Shown here in pieces: positions 1 through 10,004 of a stretch of 20,759 bases of DNA; within the stretch, counting starts at the first letter, position 1; every line of letters starts with the position of its first letter. The stretch lies in assembly GCA_002269645.1 (NCBI GenBank), contig NIVC01005080.1, positions 1-20,759 of the forward strand. Direction: 5' to 3'. A model generated the notes under the pieces. That model did not search any database. It had not been told where the DNA came from and worked only from the letters and a program-made list of their open reading frames with translations. Source of the DNA: Macrostomum lignano. Its lineage: Eukaryota. The position numbers were made by a program, and so were the translations under genes.

Positions 1-399
1 AAATAAATTTACTTGAAAATCTCTGCATATTTGATACAAAAAGAGCATGTTTCATCCTATAAAAATATAATGTTCAACAATAGCTAGCTACTAAATTAGA
101 GTCTTAGATAGAGCGGAAATAATATCTTGAAAATGCTTCCCGTGTTTGTCTTTTACGCTCGCATTTTTAACTTTCCCATTAATACTCGTATAATGAAACT
201 TATGAACCGAAAATATTCTTCAATAAACTCACCTTTTTGTGAATCTGTACAAATTTTTTCTCATTTCTAATTAAAAGTGTATTCACATGCAGGTAGATTA
301 AGGAGAAAGGGCTGCAGGGATGGAGTATGAGAGGAAGAATGGGAGGGAGAGTGAAACGGAGAGTGTGAGGAAGAGAGAAGGAGAGAGTGGGGACGGTTA

Positions 400-990
400 T
401 GAGGGAGTGTGAGGGAGAGTGAGAGAGAGTGGGGGAGATTTTGAGGGAGATTGTAAAGGATAATTGTGAGGGAGAGTGAGAGAGAGTGGGGGAGATTTTG
501 AGGGAGATTGTGAAGGATAATTGTGAGGGAGAGTAAAGGAGTGAGGGAGAGTGTGAGAGAAATTGCAAGGGAGAGTGTGAGGGAGAGTGTGAGGGAGAGT
601 GTGAGGGAGAGTGTGAGGGAGAGTGTGAGGGAGAGTGTGAGGGAGAGTGTGAGGGAGAGTGTGAGGGAGAGTGTGAGGGAGAGTGTGAGGGAGCTTGTGA
701 GGGAGATTGTGAGGGAGCTTGTGAGGGAGATTGTGAGGGAGCTTGTGAGGGAGATTGTGAGGGAGATTGTGAGGGAGAGTGTGAGGGAGAGTGTGAGGGA
801 GAGTGTGAGGGAGAGTGTGAGGGAGAGTGTGAGGGAGAGTGTGAGGGAGAGTGTGAGGGAGATTGTGAGGGAGAGTGTGAGGGAGATTGTGAGGGAGATT
901 GTGAGGGAGAGTGTAAGGGAGCTTGTGAGGGAGATTGTGAGGGAGATTGTGAGGGAGAGTGTGAAGGAGATTGTGAGGGAGAGTGTGAGC
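400..990. repeat. 12-bp G-rich minisatellite (GAGGGAGAGTGT)n, about 45-50 copies, degenerate at the left end
   Basis: Read directly. Variants GAGGGAGATTGT and GAGGGAGCTTGT. Explains the repeat-peptide ORFs 200..1030, 267..992 and 523..1083. Confidence 0.95.
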
Positions 991-1534
991 AAGAGTAGGA
1001 AGGCAGCAATGATGCAGCGAACAGGGTCACTCAGCGCCAGCAGTTGGAGAACGCAGCGGAATTCCAGCGGACATCATCAGTGAGCCCCCCTTCGTCCGAT
1101 GTGTTTATGTTGCATTAAAAAGGCAGGCGCAAACACAGCGCAAGTAGGCAACGGGGATGAGGGGAGTGGCAGCAGAGCCAAGATGCACTTCGGAATCAAT
1201 TTAGCCTGATTAAACAGCGCATTTGCATGGAGCAGGACGAATGAGCGATGAGATTGGGAGACCTTCCACTAGGCCGGCCTGTCACAGTTGGCTCAGCCTA
1301 GTCGACTCAGCCGTGTGGGTTTTATGCCAATGTTTGAATCTCTTTAACTCGGATTCTGACGGCTTTTTTGTAGCGCCGGATTAGTCTCAGCCGAGGTTGA
1401 TGGATTATAGACATCAGCGGGATAATTCCTGGTGAAAGTTGTCTGATTGCCGCTGCATGTGGCTATTTGCTGGAGCAGGTTTTGCCTGAGCATTAGTATT
1501 GGGTTGAGGAATGCAGCACAGACTTGTTATTTAG

Positions 1535-1645
1535 CACTCACTCACTCACTCACTCATTCATTCACTCACTCACTCACTCACTGACTCACTCACTCACTCA
1601 TTCACTCACTCACTCACTCGCTCGCTCGCTCACTCACTCACTCTC
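1535..1645. repeat. (ACTC)n microsatellite with ATTC and GCTC variants
   Basis: Read directly. Confidence 0.95.
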
Positions 1646-1701
1646 TACAAGTTAACTACAACACTCCATCAGAAAGCAGTAAGAAACTCTTACCTCCCAA
1701 A

Positions 1702-1738
1702 AATCTGATTGGCTCTCGGCAGCTCAACCAATCAGATT
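1702..1738. promoter_or_regulatory. Pair of inverted CCAAT boxes (NF-Y-like) upstream of the P2X gene
   Basis: AATCTGATTGG (1702-1712) and CCAATCAGATT (1728-1738) form a perfect 11-bp inverted repeat with a 15-nt spacer, ~130 nt before the putative P2X start. Function is inferred only. Confidence 0.35.
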
Positions 1739-1864
1739 GCAGCCGTATAACTCAGTTAAGTATGTTGAACGGAATCGACACTGGTGAACAAGAAAGAGGA
1801 GAAAGAAACAGAGGGAATTCTGCAGCCTACCCACTCGATTCAGGACCCGAATTGCCGAAGCTGC

Positions 1865-2826
1865 ATGACGCCGATCGACTCCTCGGAGGTGGACCAATCG
1901 CCACCGACGCCGCCGCGCGTCGCAGCCACCGCCGCTGGCCAAACGTTTACTTGGCGGCTTCTTCGAGTACAAACTGCAGAAGGTGGTGGTGGTGCGCAGC
2001 GTCCGCTACGGCCTGTTCTACCGCGGCGTGCAGCTGTCGGTCATCGTGTACTTTCTATTCTACATCATCTGGCACAAGAAGGGCTACCAGGCCAAGGAGC
2101 CGCCGTTCGGGGGTGGTGTTCAAGGTCAAGGGCTTGGACTTTGTCAACCGGACAGACGCGGACCCCGCCTACGGAGCGCGCGTCTGGGACGCCGCGGACG
2201 TCATCACGCCGCCGGTGATGAACGGGGCGGTGTTCATCACCACGAGCGCCGCGGTGGCCGGGCGCCAGGCCATGACAGTCTGTCCGGAGGGCAGCGGCGG
2301 CGGCGGCCGTAACTGCAGCCGACACTCGGACTGTCCGGCCGGGAGCCTCGGGTCGCGAGGACGTCGGACAGGAGAGTGCGACCCGGCCACCGGCAGCTGT
2401 CTGAGCTACGGCTGGTGTCCGAGTCCGGACTGGACGGACGGCGCGGTGGCGGCCGGCGCAGCCGGGTACACCCTGACCAGGGTCGGCCAGTTCACCATTC
2501 AAGTGAAAAACAGCGTCGATTTCCGTCAGCTGGGCCGGCGCCGGCGCAACATCCTGGAGTGGATGACGGCGGACTACCTGGCCAGCTGCAGGTACACGCC
2601 CGGCCACGCCAACCTGAGCTACTGTCCGGTGTTCCGCCTGGCCGACATCCTCACCTTGGCCGGCTGCGACCATGACGACGTGCTCCGGTCGGGCGGCGCC
2701 TTTGCCATCGACATCAGCTGGCGGTGCAACTTCGACCTGGCCGAGGAGCTGTGCCAGCCGGAGTACCGATTCCGCGAGGTGGCCGAAGGCGACGGCTACG
2801 TGGTTGAGTACGCGCACAAGTACCAG
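1865..2826 (+). CDS. P2X purinoceptor-like ion channel, exon 1 (N-terminus, TM1, ectodomain); frameshift at 2109-2113 and uncertain start
   Basis: The frame of ORF 1983..2312 is open from 1869 and gives GGFFEYKLQKVVVVRSVRYGLFYRGVQLSVIVYFLFYIIWHKKGYQ (P2X N-terminus and TM1). The frame of ORF 1762..2850 from 2113 gives VVFKVKG...RVWDAAD...CPE...C..C...C...C...GWCP...QFTIQVKNSVDF...CRY...CPVFRL...GGAFAIDISWRCNFD...CQPEYRF, with all 10 family cysteines. Donor CAG|GTGAGC at 2826/2827. ATG 1865 is in a third frame. Confidence 0.9.
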
Positions 2827-2846
2827 GTGAGCGGGGCGGAACTGTC

Positions 2847-3070
2847 ATGAACTCACTAATGAACTCACTAATGAACTCACTAATGAACTCACTCATGAAC
2901 TCACTCATGAACTTACTCATGAACTTACTCATAAACTCACTCATGAACTCTCTAATGAACTCACTAATGAACTCACTCATGAACTCAGTCATGAACTCAG
3001 TCATGAACTCAGTCATGAACTCAGTCATGAACTCAGTCATGAGGTCACTCATGAAGTCACTCGTGAATTC
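2847..3070. repeat. 12-bp minisatellite (ATGAACTCACTC / ATGAACTCAGTC / ATGAACTCACTA)n, about 18 copies, in the P2X intron
   Basis: Read directly. Begins 20 nt after the donor. Explains ORFs 2714..3052 and 2847..3125. Confidence 0.95.
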
Positions 3071-3375
3071 ATGCTGGCGTCATTCACGAACTGACCTCAC
3101 TCAGCGGCTGCGCTCGCTTATCTGATTAGGGCTTTTAGTGCGATCGGCTTGAGTGCTCTGCCTGATAGGAGAACAGGCCATTGCCGCTGTACACCCGGGT
3201 GAATGAGTGCTTGAGGTACTTTATGAGTTCGCGAGCCTATGAGTTTGTCAGTTCATGAGTTCATAACGTTCAAAATTGGGTTACATACCCGTCTGGCAGA
3301 TGCTTGCCTACCCCTAATGCCTTGATCTGTGACTCATTATCTAAAAATCCTGACACCCCCTGTCCCCCCCCCCAG

Positions 3376-3909
3376 GTGGACGGCCAGCCGCGCCGCATGC
3401 TGATCCGGGCTCGCGGCGTGAAGATCTCGGTCACAGTGTCCGGCGAGGGCGGCCAGTTCAGCTTCTACTGCCTGTCGATGAACCTGGGCAGCGGCCTGGC
3501 CCTGTTCGGCCTGTCCTCCATGCTGTGCGACGCCGTGCTGCTCCGCCTGTCTGCCGGCAGCAGCCTGCAGTCCGACCTCAACGCCGCTCGCGTCGACTTC
3601 TGCGAGCCGGAGCGTCGGGTGGCTTGGCGCCGCAAGCTCAGCCGGCGTCTCGCTCGCGCCAAGCGCCGGCGCCGGATTCGGCGCCTACTGTTGCGTCGGT
3701 TCTGCTGTGGCCGAGGCGGAGGTCGCGGCGACGGCGCCAACAGCGACAGCGACAGCGGCAGCGGCATCGCTCCGACGGTGCCACTGGGCGCGGAACGGCC
3801 AGTCCTGCTTCTCATACAGCAGCAGCAGCCGACTGACGCGGACGACTCCGACCCGGACGAAGCTGCTCAACTCGCGCCTATCGCTCCGGCTGAGACGCCC
3901 GGCTTGTAG
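3376..3909 (+). CDS. P2X purinoceptor-like ion channel, exon 2 (TM2 and C-terminal tail)
   Basis: Acceptor CCCCCCCCCCAG|GTG at 3375/3376, phase 0, in frame with exon 1. RMLIRARGVKISVTVSGEGGQFSFYCLSMNLGSGLALFGLSSMLCDAVLL matches P2X4 [49 protein letters not shown]. Stop TAG at 3907-3909. Confidence 0.92.
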   Translation: MDGQPRRMLIRARGVKISVTVSGEGGQFSFYCLSMNLGSGLALFGLSSMLCDAVLLRLSAGSSLQSDLNAARVDFCEPERRVAWRRKLSRRLARAKRRRRIRRLLLRRFCCGRGGGRGDGANSDSDSGSGIAPTVPLGAERPVLLLIQQQQPTDADDSDPDEAAQLAPIAPAETPGL

Positions 3910-4376
3910 CTCAGAAACTGAGAGCTTTGGCTTGCTTGACAGAAGAACCCTGCGTACTTTGCAGAATTTCTGCCTAGCTGAATGCGATGTTACTACGTAC
4001 ATAGCATTTAACCGGTAGGCCGGTAGGCTACTGCAGCAGTCCCGTCACCCCGCCATAGTCCATATTTGCTTGCACTCGGCAGCTGCAAACAGATTTGATG
4101 CCGATTTTTCCCAATCCAAAGGCTATACATTAATCCGATGGTAATTCGAACTGTCACTCGGATGAAGAGCTCGGATTGCTGCAGCCGAGCAAGAGCTGGC
4201 CATGGCCACTCTCCCGTGAGCAGCTGTTCACACATTCTGTCCCATTATGCCCCTCCCCGTCCCTTGTGTAGCGATTGCCTCCAGCGACACAGCCCAGACT
4301 CAAGGCACAAATAATGTGCTGTTGATAAGATCCGCCGGCCAGCAGCGGCGTGTCCGCGCTTAGCGAGCGAGCTATA

Positions 4377-4382
4377 AATAAA
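4377..4382 (+). terminator. Candidate polyadenylation signal AATAAA for the P2X gene
   Basis: AATAAA about 470 nt downstream of the stop codon. Usage unverified. Confidence 0.3.
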
Positions 4383-5663
4383 CCCTACAATTATTCGTAT
4401 TGCGCTGCCGCATTTTGGGTAGCGCTAAGCGCAGATTTAATCGCGTCAAACCCCTCTGTCTGGATAGATTAGATTATTATGTAGCAGCAACTTGCTGAAC
4501 CGACACTCTGCCGCCTGTAGAAGCCAGACGGGAGATATCGATTTTGCCAAGTGTAGAGGCGGGATCCCTGGCTTAGCCAAGGACACCTCCAACATAGAAT
4601 CTGGACTGGAAACCTCCTAATTTCAAAACTTCATACAATAACTTCTTGTCACCGTAAACTAAAAATCGATACAGTACTTAAACAACCGAGGGGCAAATGA
4701 CCTCTTTTGACCTCTAGATGGTTCCCTTATAGCAATAATCTCAAATGCCAGGACATTGTTCTTATGCCCCTACTGAACATACAATATGTACATGTACTAC
4801 AATAGCCCTAATTGTTTAGTTTCCGAAAGTGAGTGTTGTTTAGAGGAGGCCTTGACTACTCCAGATTCTGTTGTAAAAGGTTCCCCTGGCCCAGCGCCCG
4901 ATCTCAAAGTCGACCGAGGCGTGCTTGGGGCGGTCGCATTGTGCGCGTTGACCAGATGTGGCCGCGCACTGCACACACAGCAGTTGGCGCCAGATCTAGG
5001 ATTACCCCGATCCCCTACTGGAATGCGTTGATTTTTGCACACCAATGCTAGTATTTTTGCTGCTCACTTTAACAATTGAAGTGCAGTAAAAAGATCTCCT
5101 GGAGAAAGCTAACGTACAAGAGCTCCTACTCACGCATGTCATCTTATCTTCTGAAGTTGCCGGGTTGCGAATGAAGCAATCATGTCTTTTTTGTCCGAAT
5201 ATGATTGAATTTTGACCAGCTAAAGTAAAAACTGCTCCGTCTCAGAATAGTGTACTTCTATCTACGTAAATTCTCTCGGAACTGTTGATTCTTTGCATCA
5301 ACCACTGGCAACTCTCAAAGTTGATATTTGAAGCAGTAAGTCTTTGGCACATTACTGTGACACTCAAGTAACTCAAGCCAGCAGTAACCTTGCTACTTGC
5401 TACTCAAGGCTACATTTGCACTCAGGTCGCCCAATAGACAGAATAGACGACACTAATCCGAAAATCATTAAACTGCCCGCGCACTTCAAGACAGATCGCT
5501 GCTTGACCTCTCAGGAGCCCAGCCGTTCAATAATTCTTTGAAAATTGACAGCTGACAGACCGCATTGATTGCTGGGCTAGCTCATGGACTGCTCAGGGAA
5601 TTGATTGGCAACTGTGCAGCCACACAGGTTTTGGCTTGGTTCCAGGTGGTGAGACTCGCATTT

Positions 5664-7649
5664 AGAGAGCAGGGCTGGGACTCAGAGAGCAGGGCTGAGA
5701 CTCAGAGAGCAGGGCTGGGACTCAGAGAGCAGGGCTGGGACTCAGAGAGCAGGGCTGAGACTCAGAGAGCAGGGCTGGGACTCAGAGAGCAGGGCTGGGA
5801 CTCAGAGCAGGGCTGGGACTCAGAGCAGGGCTGGGACTCAGAGAGCAGGATTGGGACTCAGAGAGCAGGGCTGGGACTCAGAGAGCAGGATTGGGACTCA
5901 GAGAGCAGGGCTGGGACTCAGAGAGCAGGATTGGGACTCAGAGAGCAGGGCTGGGACTCAGAGCAGGGCTGGGACTCAGAGAGCAGGATTGGGACTCAGA
6001 GAGCAGGGCTGGGACTCAGAGAGCAGGGCTGGGACTCAGAGAGCAGGGCTGGGACTCAGAGAGCAGGACTGGGACTCAGAGAGCAGGATTGGGACTCAGA
6101 GAGCAGGGCTGGGACTCAGAGCAGGGCTGGGACTCAGAGAGCAGGATTGGGACTCAGAGAGCAGGATTGGGACTCAGAGAGCAGGGCTGGGACTCAGAGC
6201 AGGGCTGGGACTCAGAGAGCAGGATTGGGACTCAGAGAGCAGGGCTGGGACTCAGAGAGCAGGGCTGGGACTCAGAGAGCAGGATTGGGACTCAGAGAGC
6301 AGGATTGGGACTCAGAGAGCAGGGCTGGGACTCAGAGAGCAGGATTGGGACTCAGAGAGCAGGGCTGGGACTCAGAGAGCAGGACTGGGACTCAGAGAGC
6401 AGGGCTGGGACTCAGAGAGCAGGGCTGGGACTCAGAGAGCAGGATTGGGACTCAGAGAGCAGGACTGGGACTCAAAGAGCAGGACTGGGACTCAGAGAGC
6501 AGGGCTGGGACTCAGAGAGCAGGACTGGGACTCAGAGAGCAGGGCTGGGACTCAGAGAGCAGGATTGGGACTCAGAGAGCAGGGCTGGGACTCAGAGAGC
6601 AGGACTGGGACTCAGAGAGCAGGATTGGGACTCAGAGAGCAGGGCTGGGACTCAGAGAGCAGGATTGGGACTCAGAGAGCAGGACTGGGACTCAGAGAGC
6701 AGGACTGGGACTCAGAGAGCAGGGCTGGGACTCAGAGAGCAGGACTGGGACTCAGAGAGCAGGATTGGGACTCAGAGAGCAGGGCTGGGACTCAGAGAGC
6801 AGGATTGGGACTTAGAGAGCAGGGCTAGGACTCAGAGAACAGGATTGGGACTCAGAGAGCAGGGCTGGGACTCAGAGAGCAGGATTGGGACTCAGAGAGC
6901 AGGGCTGGGACTCAGAGAGCAGGATTGGGACTCAGAGAGCAGGGCTGGGACTCAGAGAGCAGGATTGGGACTCAGAGAGCAGGGCTGGGACTCAGAGAGC
7001 AGGGCTGGGACTCAGAGAGCAGGATTGGGACTCAGAGAGCAGGGCTGGGACTCAGAGAGCAGGACTGGGACTCAGAGAGCAGGATTGGGACTCAGAGAGC
7101 AGGGCTGGGACTCAGAGAGCAGGACTGGGACGACTCAGAGAGCAGGATTGGGACTCAGAGAGCAGGATTGGGACTTAGAGAGCAGGGCTAGGACTCAGAG
7201 AACAGGATTGGGACTCAGAGAGCAGGGCTGGGACTCAGAGAGCAGGATTGGGACTCAGAGAGCAGGGCTGGGACTCAGAGAGCAGGATTGGGACTCAGAG
7301 AGCAGGGCTGGGACTCAGAGAGCAGGACTGGGACTCAGAGAGCAGGATTGGGACTCAGAGAGCAGGGCTGGGACTCAGAGAGCAGGACTGGGACGACTCA
7401 GAGAGCAGGATTGGGACTCAGAGAGCAGGATTGGGACTTAGAGAGCAGGGCTAGGACTCAGAGAACAGGATTGGGACTCAGAGAGCAGGGCTGGGACTCA
7501 GAGAGCAGGATTGGGACTCAGAGAGCAGGGCTGGGACTCAGAGAGCAGGATTGGGACTCAGAGAGCAGGATTGGGACTCAGAGAGCAGGATTGGGACTCA
7601 GAGAGCTGGATTGGGACTTAGAGAGCAGGGCTAGGACTCAGAGAACAGG
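5664..7649. repeat. 20-bp minisatellite (GACTCAGAGAGCAGGGCTGG)n, about 100 copies
   Basis: Read directly. Variants GGGCT/GGATT/GGACT, plus 18-bp and 23-bp indel units. Explains all ORFs in 5565..7665. Confidence 0.97.
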
Positions 7650-8094
7650 GCAGGACACATCTTAATCATTCTGTACGCTTAAACTGACAAAAATTTTGGC
7701 TGTCAACTTTATTATCACATCAAATCAATCATTTTTGGCCACTGATTTGCAATGCAATCCGAAGTTTAGCCAGGGAAAAGTCACGAATGAGCCAAGGCCT
7801 CAACAGAGCAATCTATCAAAATTACGCATGTCAGCGAGTTCCGCAGTCAGGTCAGATCTGGCCAGATCAGGTCACTCCCCGACTGATTGGTCGGCACTAT
7901 GTATAATTGCCTTAGTCATCATTGGGAGTGAAATTAATTTAGACACAAATGACAAAAATTCATTTTTTTTTTCAATCCAGTGTCAAAGCTCACAGGCTGT
8001 CTGTGTGTATTTGTTATTACAACTAGTAAAGTTTGCTTGACAATCGCGGGCACACGAAACAGGCAAATAGAAATGTTCAGCATGGCCGGACAGC

Positions 8095-8217
8095 TCAGTT
8101 CTCCGCCGCGTCAGCCTCGGTGTACTTGCCCTTCTCGGCGCCGCGCAGTCTGCCGCGGGCCTTCCGGTCCAGCAGGTCCTTGCGGTTGCGGTCCAGCTTC
8201 AGCTTGGTGATGGCCAC
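8095..8217 (-). CDS. RPL26: 60S ribosomal protein L26 (uL24), last coding exon
   Basis: Acceptor CCCCCCTCCCGCTGCCAG|GTG (AG at 8219-8218). Translates VAITKLKLDRNRKDLLDRKARGRLRGAEKGKYTEADAAEN*, the RPL26 C-terminus. Not listed in the ORF track. Confidence 0.95.
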   Translation of the reverse strand: MAITKLKLDRNRKDLLDRKARGRLRGAEKGKYTEADAAEN

Positions 8218-8242
8218 CTGGCAGCGGGAGGGGGGGCAGACG

Positions 8243-8432
8243 GCTGACTGACTGACTGTCTGTCTGTATCTATCTGTCCGTCTGTCTGCCTGTCGTTGTC
8301 TATCTGTCTCTCTGTGTATCTGTCTGTCTTAGTGTCTGTCTGTCTCTCTGTCTGTCTGTCTGTCTTAGTGTCTGTCTGTCTCTCTGTCTGTCTGTCTTTC
8401 TCTCTGTATGTGTGTCTGTATGTGTGTCTGTC

Positions 8433-8471
<39 letters not shown>

Positions 8472-8538
8472 TAGTGTCTGTCTGTCTCTCTGTCTGTCTG
8501 TCTTTCTCTCTGTATGTGTGTCTGTATGTGTGTCTGTC

Positions 8539-8585
<47 letters not shown>

Positions 8586-8638
8586 GCCTGTCGTTGTCTA
8601 TCTGTCTGCCTGTCTGTGTATCTGTCTTAGTGTCTTAG

Positions 8639-8702
<64 letters not shown>

Positions 8703-8770
8703 GTTGTCTATCTGTCTGTATCTATCTTTCCGTCTGTCTGCCTGTCGTTTTCTATCTGTCTGTCTGTCTC

Positions 8771-8853
<83 letters not shown>

Positions 8854-8855
8854 AC
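8243..8855. repeat. (TCTG)n microsatellite, imperfect, in the RPL26 intron
   Basis: Read directly. Explains ORFs 8296..8913, 8408..8638 and 8598..8867. Confidence 0.96.
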
Positions 8856-9544
8856 CTGTGTGTGCACAATAGCAACACAAAAAAGAGAACCTCCACAGTC
8901 GCAGTGTGAATAGCATTATTTTTCGGAACTTGCCACTATATATTCTGTTTCCTAGCATACTGGGCAAAGTCCGTGTTGTCGAATTTCTGGAATTGTTTGA
9001 AGGCTTTTGCCCATCATCCAACCAGCCCCCACCTCTCCAGCTTCCAGCAGGTAGGCAAGCGGAGCCACAGTCGAGTGTCAGAAAGAGACAAACAGAGGGC
9101 TTAAGAAAAACACACATACATATACAAAAGCACTACAGCAGGGTCAGCATTCAGTGTGAAAGTAATGTATTAATTTTGCGCCTATGCCTGATAACGCAGC
9201 AGACATAGAATTTACACACTAGTCCAAAGTCAATATACAAACACAAGTCAAGTGCATACTGTAGTACTGCATATACATATTCTTACACACTAGTACAATT
9301 AATATACTGCTAATACGATTTCTAGGCAATCAATTTGACCCAGCTGAAGCGTAGTAAGGCGGGACTAGATGAGGAACGAGATGGGGGAGAAGGGCAAGGA
9401 GAAGGTACTTACTTTGTCAGTCTGATCAATGTATTTAGAAATTAGCACTGATGCCCTAGCCTGACTGACAGAGAAAATGATAGACCAGAGGGGCGCCTTG
9501 AGAGAAAATGGATATGGGCGCGATCACATTAGGAAGGGATGAGA

Positions 9545-9655
9545 AGTGAGAGTAGAGATGACACGCAAGAGTAGAAGGAAGAAGTGAGTAGAGATGACAC
9601 GCAAGAGTAGAGATGACAAGTGAGAGTAGAGATGACACGCAAGAGTAGAAGGGAG
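9545..9655. repeat. Short degenerate purine-rich repeat (core GAGTAGAGATGACACGCAAGAGTAGA, about 4 partial copies) in the RPL26 intron
   Basis: Read directly. Confidence 0.75.
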
Positions 9656-9695
9656 AACAGACATAAAAAATACACCAACAGAGCGGCGAGCTCAC

Positions 9696-10004
9696 CTTGC
9701 TGGGGTGCAGGTTAACGTAGACAGTGGCGCCGTTAGCTTTTTCCCGCTGGATTCGCTCCACATGGATGACGTATTTGGAGCGGTAGACGGCCACGACCTT
9801 GCCAGTCTGGCTGCCCTTGTGGTGACCCCGGACCAGCTGGACTTCGTCGTCCTTGCGAATCGGCATGGAGCGGACATTGTATTTGGAGCGCAGCTCCTTG
9901 GACAGGGGGGCGGACATCAGCTTGCGGCGAATGTGCGACGGGGCGTTGAAATAGCGCTGCCGATTCTTGCGCTTCGAGCTGGTGACGTTCTTGTTGAACT
10001 TCAT
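9696..10004 (-). CDS. RPL26: 60S ribosomal protein L26 (uL24), first coding exon (103 codons)
   Basis: [64 protein letters not shown]...HPSK. Donor AAG|GTGAGC at 9696/9695, phase 0, joins 8217 for a 143-aa protein. Confidence 0.98.

Noticed and set aside
990-1080. Possible small exon (GC-rich, donor-like GTGAGC at 1080)
   Set aside because: No recognisable homology in any frame and no credible acceptor; cannot be supported.
200-1083. SPSH / RESV / LTLS repeat proteins
   Set aside because: These are frame translations of the 12-bp array, open in several frames on both strands only because the unit length is a multiple of 3.
2065-2817. Antisense or alternative-frame ORFs over the P2X, RPL26 and USO1 exons
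   Set aside because: Shadow ORFs expected from GC-rich codon usage; no independent homology.
4356-4432. 10-bp inverted repeat (GCGCTTAGCG / CGCTAAGCGC) flanking TATAAATA
   Set aside because: No downstream gene, no target-site duplication and no second copy. It could be chance, and the AATAAA is more simply a poly(A) signal.
4786-5541. Short ORFs or a transposon remnant in the P2X-RPL26 intergenic region
   Set aside because: No recognisable domain, terminal repeat or coding bias.
5565-7665. Long ORFs (416, 325 and 516 aa) as protein-coding genes
   Set aside because: They are translations of the 20-bp unit in all three frames, mostly with non-ATG starts and no unique domain.
8296-8913. SVCL / DRQT repeat ORFs (also 17898-18366)
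   Set aside because: Translations of intronic TCTG/GACA microsatellites.
8860-9540. Intronic snoRNA in RPL26
   Set aside because: No RTGATGA box C paired with a CTGA box D was found on the sense strand. H/ACA RNAs cannot be judged by eye and would need a snoRNA covariance-model search.
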